The notes: generated from the sequence alone by a model not told the origin. DNA of 64,000 nucleotides from Alphaproteobacteria bacterium (GCA_037200745.1 JBBCHK010000014.1:23735-87734); one strand, 5' to 3'; shown: positions 13,406-26,947, counted from the first letter of the stretch. Made by a program: numbers and translations.

Positions 13406-14388
13406 CCGTAAGAGATGCCCTGCGTGACGCGATGGCGGAGGAGATGCGCCGCGACAAGGACGTGTTCGTCATGGGCGAGGAAGTCGCCGAGTACCAGGGC
13501 GCCTATAAGGTGACTCAGAACCTGCTGCAGGAATTCGGGCCCAGGCGCGTGGTCGATACGCCGATCACCGAGCAGGGCTTCGCCGGCCTCGGCGTCGGCG
13601 CGGCGTTCATGGGGCTGAAGCCCGTCGTCGAGTTCATGACGTGGAATTTTGCGATGCAGGCCATCGACCAGATCATCAACTCGGCGGCGAAGACGCTTTA
13701 TATGAGCGGCGGGCAGATCCAGTGCCCCATCGTCTTTCGCGGGCCGAACGGCGCGGCGTCGCGCGTCGGCGCCCAGCATTCGCAGGATTATGCGAGCTGG
13801 TACGCGCACTGCCCGGGCCTCAAGGTCGTAGCACCGTACGACGCGGCGGACGCCAAGGGCCTGCTCAAATCCGCCATCCGCGACCCGAACCCGGTCATCT
13901 TTCTCGAGAACGAGATCATCTATGGCTGGCAGTTCGACGTTCCCGAAGGCGACGAGCATCTCGTCCCCATCGGCAAGGCGAAGACCGTTCGTCCGGGCCG
14001 CGACGTCACCATCGTCGCCTATTCCATCTGCGTGAAGCACGCGCTCGACGCGGCGGAGCAACTCGCCGCCGAAGGCATCGAGGCCGAGGTCATCGACCTG
14101 CGCACGCTGCGGCCGCTCGACAGGCAGGCGATCATCGACTCCGTGCGCAGGACGCACCGGCTCATTTCGGTGGAAGAGGGCTGGCCGGTCGCCGGCATCG
14201 GCGCCGAGATCGCCGCCATCGCCATGGAGGAATTGTTCGACGAGCTCGACGCGCCTGTCCAGCGTGTCTGCGGCAAGGACGTGCCGCTGCCTTACGCCGC
14301 CAACCTCGAAAAGCTCGCCTTGCCGCATCCCGAGGACATCGCTGCCGCTGCGCGGTCCCTCGTCCATCCCGTATCGAGCGCCGCCTAG
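13393..14388 (+). CDS. pdhB: Pyruvate dehydrogenase E1 beta (no N-terminal lipoyl domain)
   Basis: [49 protein letters not shown]. Confidence 0.98.
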   Translation: MPQMTVRDALRDAMAEEMRRDKDVFVMGEEVAEYQGAYKVTQNLLQEFGPRRVVDTPITEQGFAGLGVGAAFMGLKPVVEFMTWNFAMQAIDQIINSAAKTLYMSGGQIQCPIVFRGPNGAASRVGAQHSQDYASWYAHCPGLKVVAPYDAADAKGLLKSAIRDPNPVIFLENEIIYGWQFDVPEGDEHLVPIGKAKTVRPGRDVTIVAYSICVKHALDAAEQLAAEGIEAEVIDLRTLRPLDRQAIIDSVRRTHRLISVEEGWPVAGIGAEIAAIAMEELFDELDAPVQRVCGKDVPLPYAANLEKLALPHPEDIAAAARSLVHPVSSAA

Positions 14389-14397
14389 GAGAATCCC

Positions 14398-15244
14398 ATG
14401 CGTTTCATTCCCGTCGCCCTGCTTGGTTTTTCGCTGATGGCCGCCGCTCCCGCCTTCGCGCAGGAGATGAAGCCGGTGCGCAGCATCACCGTCTCCGGCC
14501 TTGCGGAGCGCAAGGTGGTGCCGGACGAGGCGCATGTCACCGTCAACCTCAACGCGCAGGACAAGACGCTTGGCTCCGCCCGCTCGGCGGACGACGCCAA
14601 GCTCGCGACGCTGATGGCGCTGGTGAAGAAGGCGGGGATCGACGAGAAGAAGGTCAGCACGCAATCCTTCACCATCCAGCCGGTCTATACCACCAGGGCC
14701 GTGCAGGTCCCGCCGGACGAAGCCTGCATCAAGGATTACCAGGAGAGACTGAAGAAGCTGGTCGGCGCGCATGGCAGCGGCACCCTGGCGCCGTGCCCGA
14801 TCGTCACGGAGCACAAGTCGGTGCTCGAAGGTTACCGGGTGCAGACCAATGTCGACATCACGGTGGGCGATACGTCGAAGCTGGCCGGGGGTGATGGACC
14901 GGATCGCGGGCAGCGGCTTCGAGCAGGGCGCCACCAACGAGTGGGGCGACCTGATGAGCGTCTATTACACGCTCTCCGCCCCCGACAAGGTCCGCGACGA
15001 GCTGCTGGGCGCGGCCATCGCCAACGCCCATGCCAAGGCCGAGGGCATGGCCCGTGCGGCCGGGGCAAGCCTCGGCGCGGTCTACCAGATCCAGGAGAAC
15101 GGCACCCCGCAATTCCGCCCGCTGATGGCGCCGCGCGCCATGATGGCGAACGCCGGCGCCGTGGCCGACGCCGCGCCGATGGCCCCGCCCGCCGGCGAGC
15201 AGCAAGTCCAGTCGAACGTGACCATTACCTACGAACTGAAATAG
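14398..15244 (+). CDS. SIMPL/DUF541 periplasmic protein (frameshift near 14890)
   Basis: Signal peptide, ITVSG.AE..V.PDEA, AIANAHAKAE.MARAAG.SLG, GEQQVQSNVTITYEL. Confidence 0.9.
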
Positions 15245-15253
15245 AGAGTCCCC

Positions 15254-16548
15254 ATGCCCATCGAAATCCTGATGCCCGCGCTTTCGCCGACCATGACGGA
15301 AGGCAACCTCGCCAAATGGTCGAAGAAGGAAGGCGACACGGTCAAGGCCGGGCAGGTCATCGCCGAGATCGAGACCGACAAGGCGACCATGGAGGTCGAA
15401 GCGGTCGACGAGGGCACGCTGGGCAAGATCATCGTCCCCGCCGGCACGCAGGGCGTGAAGGTGAACGAGGTGATCGCGCTGCTGCTCGCCGAAGGCGAGG
15501 ACAAGAAAGCGCTCGACAGCTGGAAGCCGAAGAAATCCGAGCCGAAGAAGGAAGAAGCGAAACCGGTCGCCGCCGCGCCTGCTGCACCGAGCGCTGCTCC
15601 TGCTGCACCGACGATGGCGCCCGCTGCCCCGGTCGCGCGCACCGCGCCGCCCGCGCCGATCGCCGCACCGCGCGGCGACGGCGAGCGCGTGAAGGCCTCG
15701 CCGCTGGCGCGCCGCATCGCTGGCCAGCGCGGGGTGGACCTCAACGCCGTCATCGGCAGCGGCCCGGGCGGGCGCATCGTGAAGCTGGACGTCGAGAAGG
15801 CCGTCGGCGGCGGGCGCGGCGCGGTGACGCGCAATCCGCAGGAGTTCGTGCAGATACCGAACTCCAACATCCGCAAGATCATCGCCAAGCGGCTGACGGA
15901 GTCGAAACAGACCGTGCCGCATTTCTACCTCACCGTCGAGGTCGAGATCGACGCGCTGATGGAAGCGCGCGCCCAACTCAACGGCCACGCCGCGGCGAAA
16001 GCCGGCAAGGACGGCAAGCCGGCCTATAAAATTTCGCTCAATGACCTCGTCATCAGGGCGGTGGCGCTCAGTTTGCGCGACAAGCCGACCTGCAACGTCT
16101 CGTGGTACGACGACGCCATCATCCAGTACAACAACATCGACATCTCGGTGGCGGTGGCCACCGATTCGGGCCTCATCACGCCCATCGTCAGGAACGCCGA
16201 CCAGAAAACGCTGCCGCAAATTTCGAACGAGATGAAGGACCTCGCCGCGCGCGCGCGCGACAACAAGCTCAAGCCGGAGGAGTTCCAGGGCGGCGGCTTC
16301 TCCATCTCCAACCTCGGCATGTACGGCGTGAAGAATTTCCAGGCCATCATCAACCGCCCGCAGGCCTGCATCCTTGCGGTCGGCGCGGGCGAGCAGGTCG
16401 TCAAGCTGCGCGAAGGGCAGGGCGTCGCGGTGACCGTGATGAGCGCCACGCTCTCGGTCGACCACCGCGCGGTCGACGGCGCGCTCGGCGCCGAGTTCCT
16501 GCAGGCTTCAAACGCTACATCGAGCAGCCCGTATTGATGTTCGTCTGA
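15254..16548 (+). CDS. pdhC: PDH E2 dihydrolipoamide acetyltransferase (indel near 16505)
   Basis: MPALSPTMTEG, IETDKATME, KASPLARR, PHFY, SNLGM, SVDHRAVDG; true end FKRYIEQPVLMFV. Confidence 0.98.
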
Positions 16549-16549
16549 T

Positions 16550-17079
16550 ATGGTGGCCGCCAGCCACATCTGCACCCATTGCGGCTACGAAGGCTCGCCC
16601 ATCCGCCTGCCGGGCGACGGCTCGGGCGAGGATGAATCGCTCGCCGTCGACGTGCTCAACAAGCTGTTCTTCGCGGCGACCTTCATCCCGCTCAAGTTCG
16701 GCTGGATCGTGCGGCTCGCCAAGCGCGGCAAGGCGAAGACCTGCCCCAACTGCGGCCTGCCGCTGATGGTGCGGTTGAACAGCGACGCCGGCTTCATCGC
16801 CAAGCGCAAGCAGGAGGTGAAGGCCGGGCTGCTGAAGTTCGAGGGTGCCGAAGAAAGTCCCGGCGCGACGCGCTCGGCGCCGTCATCCCCGAGCCGGAGC
16901 CGGTGGCGCCGGCCGTCGGCCGGAGCGCCTGCCTTCGCTCGACGAAATGCTGGAGACGTCGCTGGCGAATGTCGCCGCTCGAAAGCCCCGCCGCGGAGGC
17001 GACAACCGCCGGAGCCCGCAGCGGAGCCCGAGGCGCCGCCGCGCCGCCCAAGAAACCGGTGGACCCGGATGCGTGGTAA
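16550..17079 (+). CDS. Hypothetical zinc-ribbon membrane protein with low-complexity tail (frameshifted)
   Basis: CTHC and CPNC flanking a hydrophobic segment; tail likely ends KKPVDPDAW-TAA at 17079. Confidence 0.7.
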
Positions 17080-17086
17080 CGTAACG

Positions 17087-18842
<1,756 letters not shown>

Positions 18843-18843
18843 T

Positions 18844-18936
18844 CGTCATTGCGAGGAGCATCGCGACGAAGCATCCAGTCGCTGCCTGTTGGCACCCACT
18901 GGATTGCCGCGCTCCCGCTGGTCGCTCGCAATGACG
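18844..18936. repeat. CGTC-tagged element, subfamily C
   Basis: CGTCATTGCGAGGAGCATCGCGACGAAGCATCCAG...CTGGATTGC...CTCGCAATGACG; 1 nt after the lpdA stop. Confidence 0.92.
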
Positions 18937-18968
18937 GGCAATTGCAGAGCATCCCGAATTTTGCTATA

Positions 18969-19703
18969 ATGGTTTCAAAGCAGCGGAAAGCTGCATCTTG
19001 GCAAGCTCACGGACTTGAATCGGAGTCTTATGAAGCGATGCCCGTTGTTCTTCCGCACCGTCTATGACGAAGAAGCGCTCGACGATTGTTTCGCCGACGT
19101 GATCCACGCCAGGCTCTCCGAGCAGGACAAGATCGAGGTCGGGTGCCTCATCCAGTATTTCCTCACCCTCAAATCCCACGGCCTGGTCACGCTGCCGCTC
19201 GACCTCAGCAAGCACCGTCAGGGCGAGGGGCCGGACTTCACCATCTGCGCGCCCGAGCAGGGCCTCTACGGCGTCGAGATGACCAAGTGACGACGGCGGA
19301 TTATCAAGTGTGGCTCAAGCGGCGCAAGAACTACCGCGCCATCCGCGACATGAACGACTACATGGAGCACCGGCCGGAGCGGCGCGTCGCCGCACTCGCC
19401 GGCTTCCGCGTGCTGCGCAAGAACTACAAGATCGAGAACTACTACGCGAGCGTGCCGCCCATGCAGCAATGCGACCTCGTGCTCGAGGAGGATGGCGATA
19501 CCGCGATGAACGAGAACGTGCTGATGACGCTGCTGAAGGACGAAATCGCGCGCCTGCGCATCCAGCGTTACCGCCGCATCTCGATGATCTCGGGCTCGGT
19601 GCTCTATTACGCCGTCAACACCGAGGACGCGGCGGTGCTCTACGCGCCGGACATCCGCCCGGCCTGGCTCACTGCCCCGCGCCCGACGCTTTCGGTTCAC
19701 TGA
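18969..19703 (+). CDS. Hypothetical protein, possible PD-(D/E)xK-like fold (frameshifted; start uncertain)
   Basis: Two consecutive ORF pieces with host codon usage join near 19290; motif EGPDFTI...YGVEMTK. Confidence 0.6.
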
Positions 19704-20269
19704 ACCAGCCGCGGGCTTTCGCCTTGAGCTTCTCGAACTGCATCACGTTCTCGATGCGGCGGGCGAGGAACGCGCGCGTGTCGCGGAATCGGCGCTCGCG
19801 TCGTCGAGCCAGACGAGCAGCGTGCTTGCATAGACCTGCGAGAGGATCAGGCGCTTGGTGTAGTGGTTGTAATCCGTCGCGGTGTCGCCGGCGGCGCGCC
19901 ACATGGCATCGGCGGTGCGGTAGAGGCTCTTCGTCGCGCCGGCCGGATGCAGCAATGAGGAAGCGACCGCGCGGCGCACGGCCTCGCGGTGCGGGGCGAG
20001 CAGGCCAAGCCGGACCATGACGCAGGTGGCGATGCGCTCGCGGATCTTTTTCGCGGCGAGATCCTCTTTCTCCAGCGCGGCCAGCTTTTGCGCGTCGCTG
20101 CGCTCGGCGAAGTAATCGAGCGCTTCCGCCGGGCCGCGCGGAAGGCACGCTTCGCGTCGAACGGCTTCAGGCCGATGCTTGTTGCGGCGCGCTCGAGCGC
20201 GGCCTGCGTCCAGCCGTCGAAAACGACGTCGGGCAGCAGCGCGTCGAGGATGCGGTCGCGGAGTTCCAT
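19700..20269 (-). CDS. COQ9-family protein (frameshifted)
   Basis: LLPDVVFDGW, KIRERI, LYRTADAMWRAAGDTATDYNHYTKRLIL, AFLARRIENVMQFEK. Confidence 0.92.
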
Positions 20270-20301
20270 GCGGGGAATATAGGCCGGTCGGGTGCGCGCG
20301 G

Positions 20302-21288
20302 CTAGTGGAGCTTGCGGGCGCCGGGGCGGAAGCCGCTATTGCCTTTTTGCGGATGCCGGCGGTGATGCGCCCGGCGAGGATGAGCGAGGCCACCGTGCCG
20401 CGCTTGCGCACCGAGTCGATCATGATGCGCCCGCCATGCTTGCGCGCGAGCTCGTGGGCGACGCTCAATCCCAGCCCGATACCGCCGCTGGCGATGGCGA
20501 AATAGCTCGCGGGGTGCTGCATGGCGCTGCGGATGGCGGAAAGCTGTGCCTCGCCGATGCCGGCGCCGGAGTCGCGCACGCTGACGATGAGCCCTTCGCC
20601 CGGCTGCACGCGGGCGCTGATCAGCACTTCGCTGCCTTCCCTGGCGTGGCGCAGCGCGTTGCCGATGAGGTGCGTCAGCGCGACGCGAGCTGCGCGCGGT
20701 CGGCCTCGACCTCGATGCCGGCGGGCGCGTCGGGGCGCAGCAGCAGGCCGCGCGCGGAAGCTTCCTCGCCGTGCTCGGCGGCGAGTTCGGCGAGCAGCTC
20801 GGCGACGGCGAAGCGCGTCGGCTCCAGCGCGTGCTCCTGCGCGTGCATGCAGGCGAGGCCGAGCAGGTCGTCGATGCGGGTGAGCAGCGCGGCGCCGGCG
20901 GCGTGGATGTCGTGAACGTATTGCGCGTAGGTGGGATGCTGGAGCGGGGGCCGAACGTGCCGGAGCGCATCATGTCGGCGAAGCCATGATGGCGTTTGAG
21001 CGGCGTGCGCAGCTCGTGGCTCATCGAAGAGAGGAACGCGGCGCTGCGCTCCTCGCTGGCCTTGAGCGCCTTTTGCGAGGTGGCCAGCGCCTCGGCGAAG
21101 GATGCGCTCGCGCGACGGGTCGATGGCCGGGCCGCTGAAAACGGACGCGGCGACGATGGCGGGCGACGGTGCGGCGGGGTGCGTGCGGGCGCGGCGCCTT
21201 GCGGCCGCGCGAGCGCGTAGAACTCACGCATGAATCGATCCAGTACTGGTAGAAAAAGAACATCGTGTATCCGCCTGGGCGCATTCAT
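20302..21288 (-). CDS. Cytoplasmic sensor histidine kinase, PleC/DivJ-like (frameshifted)
   Basis: FLSSMSHELRTPL H-box, FADMMRSGTFGP, VRDSGAGI, GGIGLGLSVA; no clear TM segment. Confidence 0.85.
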   Translation of the reverse strand: MNAPRRIHDVLFLPVLDRFMREFYALARPQGAAPARTPPHRRPPSSPRPFSAARPSTRRASASFAEALATSQKALKASEERSAAFLSSMSHELRTPLKRHHGFADMMRSGTFGPRSSIPPTRNTFTTSTPPAPRCSPASTTCSASPACTRRSTRWSRRASPSPSCSPNSPPSTARKLPRAACCCAPTRPPASRSRPTARSSRRADAPHRQRAAPRQGRQRSADQRPRAAGRRAHRQRARLRRRHRRGTAFRHPQRHAAPRELFRHRQRRYRAGIERRPRARAQAWRAHHDRLGAQARHGGLAHPRRAHHRRHPQKGNSGFRPGARKLH

Positions 21289-21383
21289 AGCGCGCGCCGT
21301 TGCGCCGCGCTCGCGGATTTTGGCGCAGAAGCAAGGAAATGCGCCGCTTCGGGGGATAACTGTGGCCGCCGTGCCTCAATAAG

Positions 21384-21501
21384 CGTCATTGCGAGGAGCA
21401 TCGCGACGAAGCAATCCAGAGCTTGCTTCCTAAAGGACTGGATTGCTCCCTTCGGTCGCCTCTCTCGCTTCGCTCGGGTGCTCGCCGCCGCTCGCAATGA
21501 C
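21384..21501. repeat. CGTC-tagged element, subfamily C, with nested GCGAAGC module
   Basis: Left arm as at 18844; right arm expanded by an insert containing CTCTCGCTTCGCTCGGGT. Confidence 0.9.
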
Positions 21502-21505
21502 AGCG

Positions 21506-21757
21506 CTACGCGGCGAGGAGCGGGTCGAGCTTGCCGGCGGCGTCGAGGGCGTAGAGGTCGTCCGAGCCGCCGATCAGCTTGCCGTCGATGAATATTTGCG
21601 GCACCGAGCGGCGGCCGCCGGATTTCGCGATCATTCCTCGCGCGTGGCGTCGTCGGCGACGTCGATCTCGGTGAATTTTTGCCCCTTGCGCTTGAGCAGT
21701 CCTTGGCGCGCAGGCAATAGGGCAGACCTTGGTGGTGTAGATGGTGATATCGGCCAT
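21506..21757 (-). CDS. grxC: Glutaredoxin 3 (frameshifted)
   Basis: [12 protein letters not shown] after indel repair, [27 protein letters not shown]. Confidence 0.93.
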   Translation of the reverse strand: MADITIYTTKVCPIACAPRTAQAQGAKIHRDRRRRRRHARGMIAKSGGRRSVPQIFIDGKLIGGSDDLYALDAAGKLDPLLAA

Positions 21758-21777
21758 GAGCGACTCCTCTTCTATTT

Positions 21778-21857
21778 TGTCATTCCGCGAAAGCGGGAAT
21801 CCAGTTCTTTTTAAGTGGCGCTTCGCGCGCCTGGATTCCGCTTTCGCGGGAATGACA
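21778..21857. repeat. GTC-tagged element, subfamily A (gene-less)
   Basis: Arms as in cassette 1 (each lacking one C); spacer is the exact reverse complement of the spacer at 36841. Confidence 0.95.
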
Positions 21858-21859
21858 CG

Positions 21860-22624
21860 CTATATAGTATCAATTTTCGAGATGTCCGGCGGCAGGAAGA
21901 AATTATTCGTGCGGTCGACGATGCCCGGGTGCTCGGCGAGCGCGCCGTTCTCCAGCGCGAAGAAGCGGTAGCCGCGCGCGCGGAAGGCGTCCTCGATCTG
22001 GGCGACGGTATGGCCGTTGCGCTCGAGCATGGCGGCTGTTGATCTCCATGAGCACGACGGGGTGGAAGCGCTCCAGCGTGGCGGATGCACCCTGCAGGAC
22101 GAGGAATTCCGCCGCTTCGACATCGCATTTGATGAAGTCGCAGCGCGTGAGGTTATTTTCGGCGACGAAGGCGTCGAGCGTGCGCACCTCGACCGTTTCG
22201 CTGAGGCAGGCGCGGTCGCGGTCGGCGCCGAAATGGGCCAGCGAAATGCCGAGCCCGCCGTTCGGCTTGATGGGATGTTGAGGGTCAGCGACCCGGCTTC
22301 CTCGCCGAGCGCGCTGTACGACGGTGACCGAAGGCAGCCGCAGCAGCCGCGCGGTGAGGCGCAGGCAGTCGGCGGTGACGCGCGAGGGCTCGAAGGCGTA
22401 GACATGGCCCTGCTTCCCGGCGAGGCGCGACAGGACACGCGCATATTGCCGTAATTGGCGCCGATATCGAGGCAGACGGCGCCCGGCGTTACCCAGCGCG
22501 CGAGGAATTTCGTCTCCTCCTCGAATTTCGGGTGCAGGATGATCCGCCACGTGCGGATGAACTGCGTGATGACGCGGTAGCGGTGGTCGCCGAGGAGACG
22601 GCGCAGGTCGGTTTGCATGGCCAT
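21860..22624 (-). CDS. FkbM-family methyltransferase (frameshifted)
   Basis: CLDIGANYG, VYAFEP, ALG, RTLD, CDFIKCDVEAAE..VLQGA, PV.LMEI. Confidence 0.9.
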   Translation of the reverse strand: MAMQTDLRRLLGDHRYRVITQFIRTWRIILHPKFEEETKFLARWVTPGAVCLDIGANYGNMRVSCRASPGSRAMSTPSSPRASPPTACASPRGCCGCLRSPSYSALGEEAGSLTLNIPSSRTAGSAFRWPISAPTATAPASAKRSRCARSTPSSPKITSRAATSSNAMSKRRNSSSCRVHPPRWSASTPSCSWRSTAAMLERNGHTVAQIEDAFRARGYRFFALENGALAEHPGIVDRTNNFFLPPDISKIDTI

Positions 22625-22625
22625 G

Positions 22626-23295
22626 TCAGAAATCCGGATCGGTGTAATGGGCGGGTGGACGGAAGCCCTAGGACGCGGTCCTCCAGCAGGTCGCGGAACG
22701 CCGGGCGTGACTTGATGAGCGCATACCACTCCTTGACCGAGGGTTATTGCTCCCACGCCACGTCGCCCAGGTAGTCGAGTGCGGAGAGGTGCGCCGAGGC
22801 GGTGATGTCGGCGAGGGTCAGGTATTCGCCGCGAGCCAGTTGCCGGCCGTGCAGCAGGTGGGCGATGTAATCGAGGTGGTAGAGGATGTTCTTCTTGCGG
22901 CGCGGATCGCCTCCGAGGAAGGCTCGCCGTTAGCCCATCAGCCGCTTGAACATTTTCTCGAGAGGGATGAGCTCGTCCACCTCGCGGGCGAATTTCGAGT
23001 CGAACCATTCGACGAGGCGCCGCACCTCGGCGCGCTCCAGCGGCGAGTTGCCGAAGAACTGCACCTCGGGGAAGGTCTCGTCGAGATATTCGGCGATGGC
23101 GTAGCTGCCGCAGACGGGCTGGCCCTTGTCGGTGGTCAGCACCGGCACTTCGCCCGCCGGGTTGAGCGCGAAGAACTCGATGCGCCGCTGCCAGAAATCC
23201 TCCTGCTTCAGCTCGTGCGCGATGTTCTTCTCGCGCAGCATCAGGCGGATCTTGCGCGAGGCGGGCTGCAGCGGCGAGTGGTAGAGGGTGAGCAT
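22626..23295 (-). CDS. Glutathione S-transferase family protein (FzlA-like; frameshifted)
   Basis: MLTLYHSPLQPASRKIRL, LNPAGEVPVL, RAEVRRLVEWFD.KF, AHLSALDYLGDV.W, end HYTDPDF. Confidence 0.88.
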
Positions 23296-24152
23296 CTACG
23301 CTCCGTCCGCATCGGTCACCCAAAGCGCGACGGCGACGAGGCCGAGTGCCAGCAGGAACAGCAGCAGCCGCGGGCAGCGACGCGCCGCCGATGGCGAGCG
23401 CCGCGATGTCGAGGAGGGCGAGCGGCGTATAGGCCACGGCACTGAGCCGCATCGCCTGCTCGAACTCCAGCGGCCGGTCGCGGATGGCGGAGACCACCAG
23501 CGTCGCCACCGCCAGCGCCAGCAGCATGAACAGCCGCGTGACGTACATCACCCCGGCGAGCACCGCCCACAGCGTGATGCTGAGGAACAGGTAGAAATGC
23601 CACAGGTTGCGGTGGACGAAGACCTTCGTGCCGCGCGCGAGGTCCGCCTCCAGCGCGCGGTTGAGGATGAGCGGCGGCTTGCCCGGCTGCGTATACTGGC
23701 TCAGCGGGTGGATCTCGATCTTGTCCTTGGTCTTGGTGACGATCTCCTTGTCGGTGATGAGCATCGGCGTGCGCATGTTCTGGTGCGTGGTGGCGCGGTG
23801 GTGTCGATGGTAATGCGCCGCCGCTGAGGTTCTGCCCGAACATGTCGACCGAGAGCACGATGATGCGCGGCTGCGGCCCCTCCGGCCCTGAGCACGCCGT
23901 CCTTGAAGGTCATCTGCGGCAGCTGGGGGCGCGATCTGGTCGACGACGTCGTCGAATACCGGCTTGTTGCCGTCATGCGAGACGAATACCGCGCTGTTGA
24001 CCATCGCGATGGCGTAAATGACGAGCAGCACCGTGGTGAAGGCGACGAGGACGAAGCTGTAGCCCAGCCCGGTGCCCCGCGCGGTGTAGCGCATGGCGCG
24101 GTACGTCCGCCGCCGAGTGGAACGAGCCGGTGAAGATATCCCAGTAGCGCAT
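23296..24152 (-). CDS. Hypothetical membrane protein (DUF1189-like; frameshifted)
   Basis: N-terminal TM, QLPQMTFKDG.L periplasmic region, C-terminal TM bundle with RLSAVAYTP. Confidence 0.7.
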
Positions 24153-24162
24153 GGTTCAATCT

Positions 24163-25089
24163 TTATGAAACGCGTGAGCAGTTGCGGCAGCGCGGCGCCG
24201 ATCGAGCCGGGCGCCTCGTGGAGTTCGGCGAAGCCCAGCGCGCGGGGCTGACGAGGCTGTCGTGGCGCAGCAGCTTCACCTGGTCGCGCGTGAAGGGCGG
24301 CGCGAACGGCAGGAGCTCGAAGAAGAATCCCTTCAGCATGGCGAGGCCGAACGGGATCGAGACGAGGATGCGGCGGCGCTTCGTCACTCCATCATCAGTT
24401 CCAGTAGCTGGCGGAAGCTGTAGGTCTGCGGGCGGCGAGCTCGTAGGTCTTGCCGGTGCTGTCCTCGCGTTCGAGCGCGTGCAGCAGCGCGGCGGCGACG
24501 TCGGTCACCAGCACGGGCTGGAAGCGCGTGCGCCCCGCCGCGATCAGCGGCAGGACCGGCGAGACGAGGCTCATGCGCGCGAAGCGCTGGAAGAAAATTA
24601 TCCTCCGGCCCGACCAGCAGGCCCGGGCGCAGGATGGTCGCGGCGGGGAATATCTCGCGCACCGCCTGCTCGCCGGCGAATTTGCTTGCGCCGTACTGCG
24701 TCTCCGGCGCCCGCTCGATGCCGAGCGCGGAGATATGGACGAAACGCGTCGTCCCGCCGCATCGGCCAGCGCCGCCACGCGCCGCGCGCCTTCGACATGC
24801 ACCGCGCGGAAATCCTGCCGCCCGCGTTTATAAAGGATGCCCGGCAGGTAGACGACCGCGTCCGAGCCGTCGAATTTCCCGGCGAGCGTTTCGGGGCGGG
24901 TGAACGTCGGCATATTGCAGCACGACCTGGCCGACGGTGCGGCGGTCTTCAGGAACTCGGCGGGCCACCGTATCGCGGCAGAGCACGCGCACGCGCCAGC
25001 CGGCGCGGGCCAGCGCCTTCACCACGTGGCGGCCGAGGAAGCCGGAGCCGCCGACGACGGTGACCAGCGGAAGTGCGCGAGACGTTCAT
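24163..25089 (-). CDS. NDUFA9-family NAD(P)H-binding protein (frameshifted)
   Basis: VTVVGGSGFLGRHVVKALA, VHVEGARRVA, ATILRP, TRFQPV.V.DVA. Confidence 0.9.
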
Positions 25090-25141
25090 GGCGATGGCAT
25101 AACAAGCGCACGGCCAAGCCGCAAGTGCCGCCCGCGCGTCA

Positions 25142-25171
25142 TTGACAGGGGGCGGGCTCAGCCGCTATGAA
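25142..25171 (+). promoter_or_regulatory. Putative sigma70 promoter of tRNA-Leu
   Basis: TTGACA (25142-25147), 18-nt spacer, TATGAA, 18 nt upstream of the tRNA. Confidence 0.6.
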
Positions 25172-25189
25172 AGCGGCCCTTCCTGAAGT

Positions 25190-25275
25190 GCCCAGGTGGC
25201 GAATTGGTAGACGCACTAGCTTCAGGTGCTAGCGGCCGCAAGGTCGTGGGGGTTCGAGTCCCTTCCTGGGCACCA
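25190..25275 (+). tRNA. tRNA-Leu (anticodon CAG)
   Basis: GCCCAGG/CCTGGGC acceptor stem plus ACCA, CTAGC-TTCAGGT-GCTAG anticodon arm, long variable arm, GTTCGAGTC. Confidence 0.97.
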
Positions 25276-25279
25276 CGCT

Positions 25280-25936
25280 TCACTTACTGGTCATTGCCCC
25301 ATCGTCCCCGTCATGATCGGCGGGACGGGATTTGTCATGCGAGACCCGGATGGTGGCCTTGATGTCCTGGTCGTTGCCCTCGTCGTTGATGTGCGACTCT
25401 TGCCGCTCGTCGATTTGCGGGCGGCTTGACCTTGTCCTCGACGTCGCCGGCGGGGAGGACGCGCTGGTAGCCTTCGCCCTCCTGCATTTCTTGTAGTACT
25501 CTCCGGCCTCGCACTGCTGGACCATCACGCGGTCGCCGGGCTTGAAGGACGACGTCGTCCGGGCCGACCTCCTGCGCGATGCTCAGCGTGCGCCCGTGGT
25601 CGATGACGACGATGTATTCCATGCCGTCGCGTTCTGCAGCTCGCGCTCGGCCAGCGTGCCGAGCGTCGCGCCGGCGATCGCGCCGCGAGGGCGGTCCAGA
25701 CCTGGTCGCCGCCACTGCCCGCCTCGGCGCCCGCGACCCGCCGCCGACGAGGCCGATCCCGGTGCCGGTACGGTCTTCGGCCCGGTGATATGGATCTTGC
25801 GCGCGCTCACCACGCGGCCGAACTGCACGACCTTGCCGACGCCGACCTCGCCGCCGTTATAGCGGTCCTGGTCGGGGCGGTCGCAGCCCGAAAGCGCAAG
25901 CGCGCAAAGCGCGACGGTGGCGATGGTGCGGCGCAT
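25280..25936 (-). CDS. Outer-membrane lipoprotein, glycine-zipper (SlyB/Pcp-like; frameshifted, end approximate)
   Basis: Lipobox LALSGC, YNGGEVG...[30 protein letters not shown]. Confidence 0.75.
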
Positions 25937-26340
25937 GATTCCCCCTTCGAAGGCCTTGTTTTTATACGAGCGTTTTCCAGCTGTCACCGCAACGATGCAG
26001 GGCGCGCTTCCGCACTGCCCGCGTAGGCCGTCAGGCCGACCGCAGGAGGAGGGTGGCAGCGGGGGCGAGTTCGCGTCCGCGAACTAATTCTCGCCCCCCT
26101 TCCGGGATATGCTATTGTTAACGAAATTTTAGGGCTTCTGTGGTCTACTGAAGTTATCCTCATGATGCTGTTGCTTACAGTTTCGCTCCTTACGCTGCCG
26201 GCGCTGGCCTCCTGCCGCGCCGGGTCCCGGCAAGGGTCCGCGCCCGCGCCAGGCGCGCTAGGGCGATTTCCTACCTAAAGGCTTGAGATCCATTCCGGCC
26301 CTCCTGTGGCAGTCTGCCCGCGTTTTTGGAGGCGAGTCCT

Positions 26341-26947
26341 ATCGCCATTCATCTGCACCAGGGCGACCTGCCCGCGGCGTGACGTTCCACGCGGACATCG
26401 CGGTCGACACCGAGGCGATGGGCCTCAACAACCAGCGCGACCGGCTGTGCCTGATCCAGCTCTCCGACGGGCGGGGGACGAGCACCTCGTCCAGTTCGCC
26501 CCCGGGCAGTACGACGCGCCGCACCTCAAGGAGCTGCTGACCGACCACGGCCGCACCAAGCTGTTCCATTTCGCGCGCTTCGACGTCGCCATCATCCGCC
26601 ATTACCTCGGCGTGGTGACGTCGCCGGTCTATTGCACCAAGATCGCCTCGAAGCTCTCGCGCACCTTCACTGACCGCACGGCTTCAAGGACCTCTGCCGC
26701 GCCTGTTGCAGGTCGAAGTCAGCAAGCAGCAACAGACCTCCGACTGGGGGCAGGAGAAGCTGAGCCCCGAGCAGCTCGAATACGCCGCCTCCGACGTGCG
26801 CTACCTGCACCGGCTGCGCGACAAGCTCGACGCCATGCTGAAACGCGAGGACCGCGCGAGCTGGCGCAGGCCTGTTTCCAGTTCCTCCCCGCCCGCTGCG
26901 CCCTGGATTTGGCCGGCTGGCCCGAAACGGATATCTTCGCGCACTGA
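26341..26947 (+). CDS. rnd: Ribonuclease D-type 3'-5' exonuclease (frameshifted; start codon reads ATC, probably an error)
   Basis: AIHLHQGDLP, AVDTEAMGL...RDRLCLIQL, KLFHFARFD, CTKIASK, SKQQQTSDWG, YAASDV. Confidence 0.92.

Noticed and set aside
25190-25300. tRNA-Leu as a prophage or island integration site
   Set aside because: I saw no integrase and no duplicated tRNA 3' end in the window.
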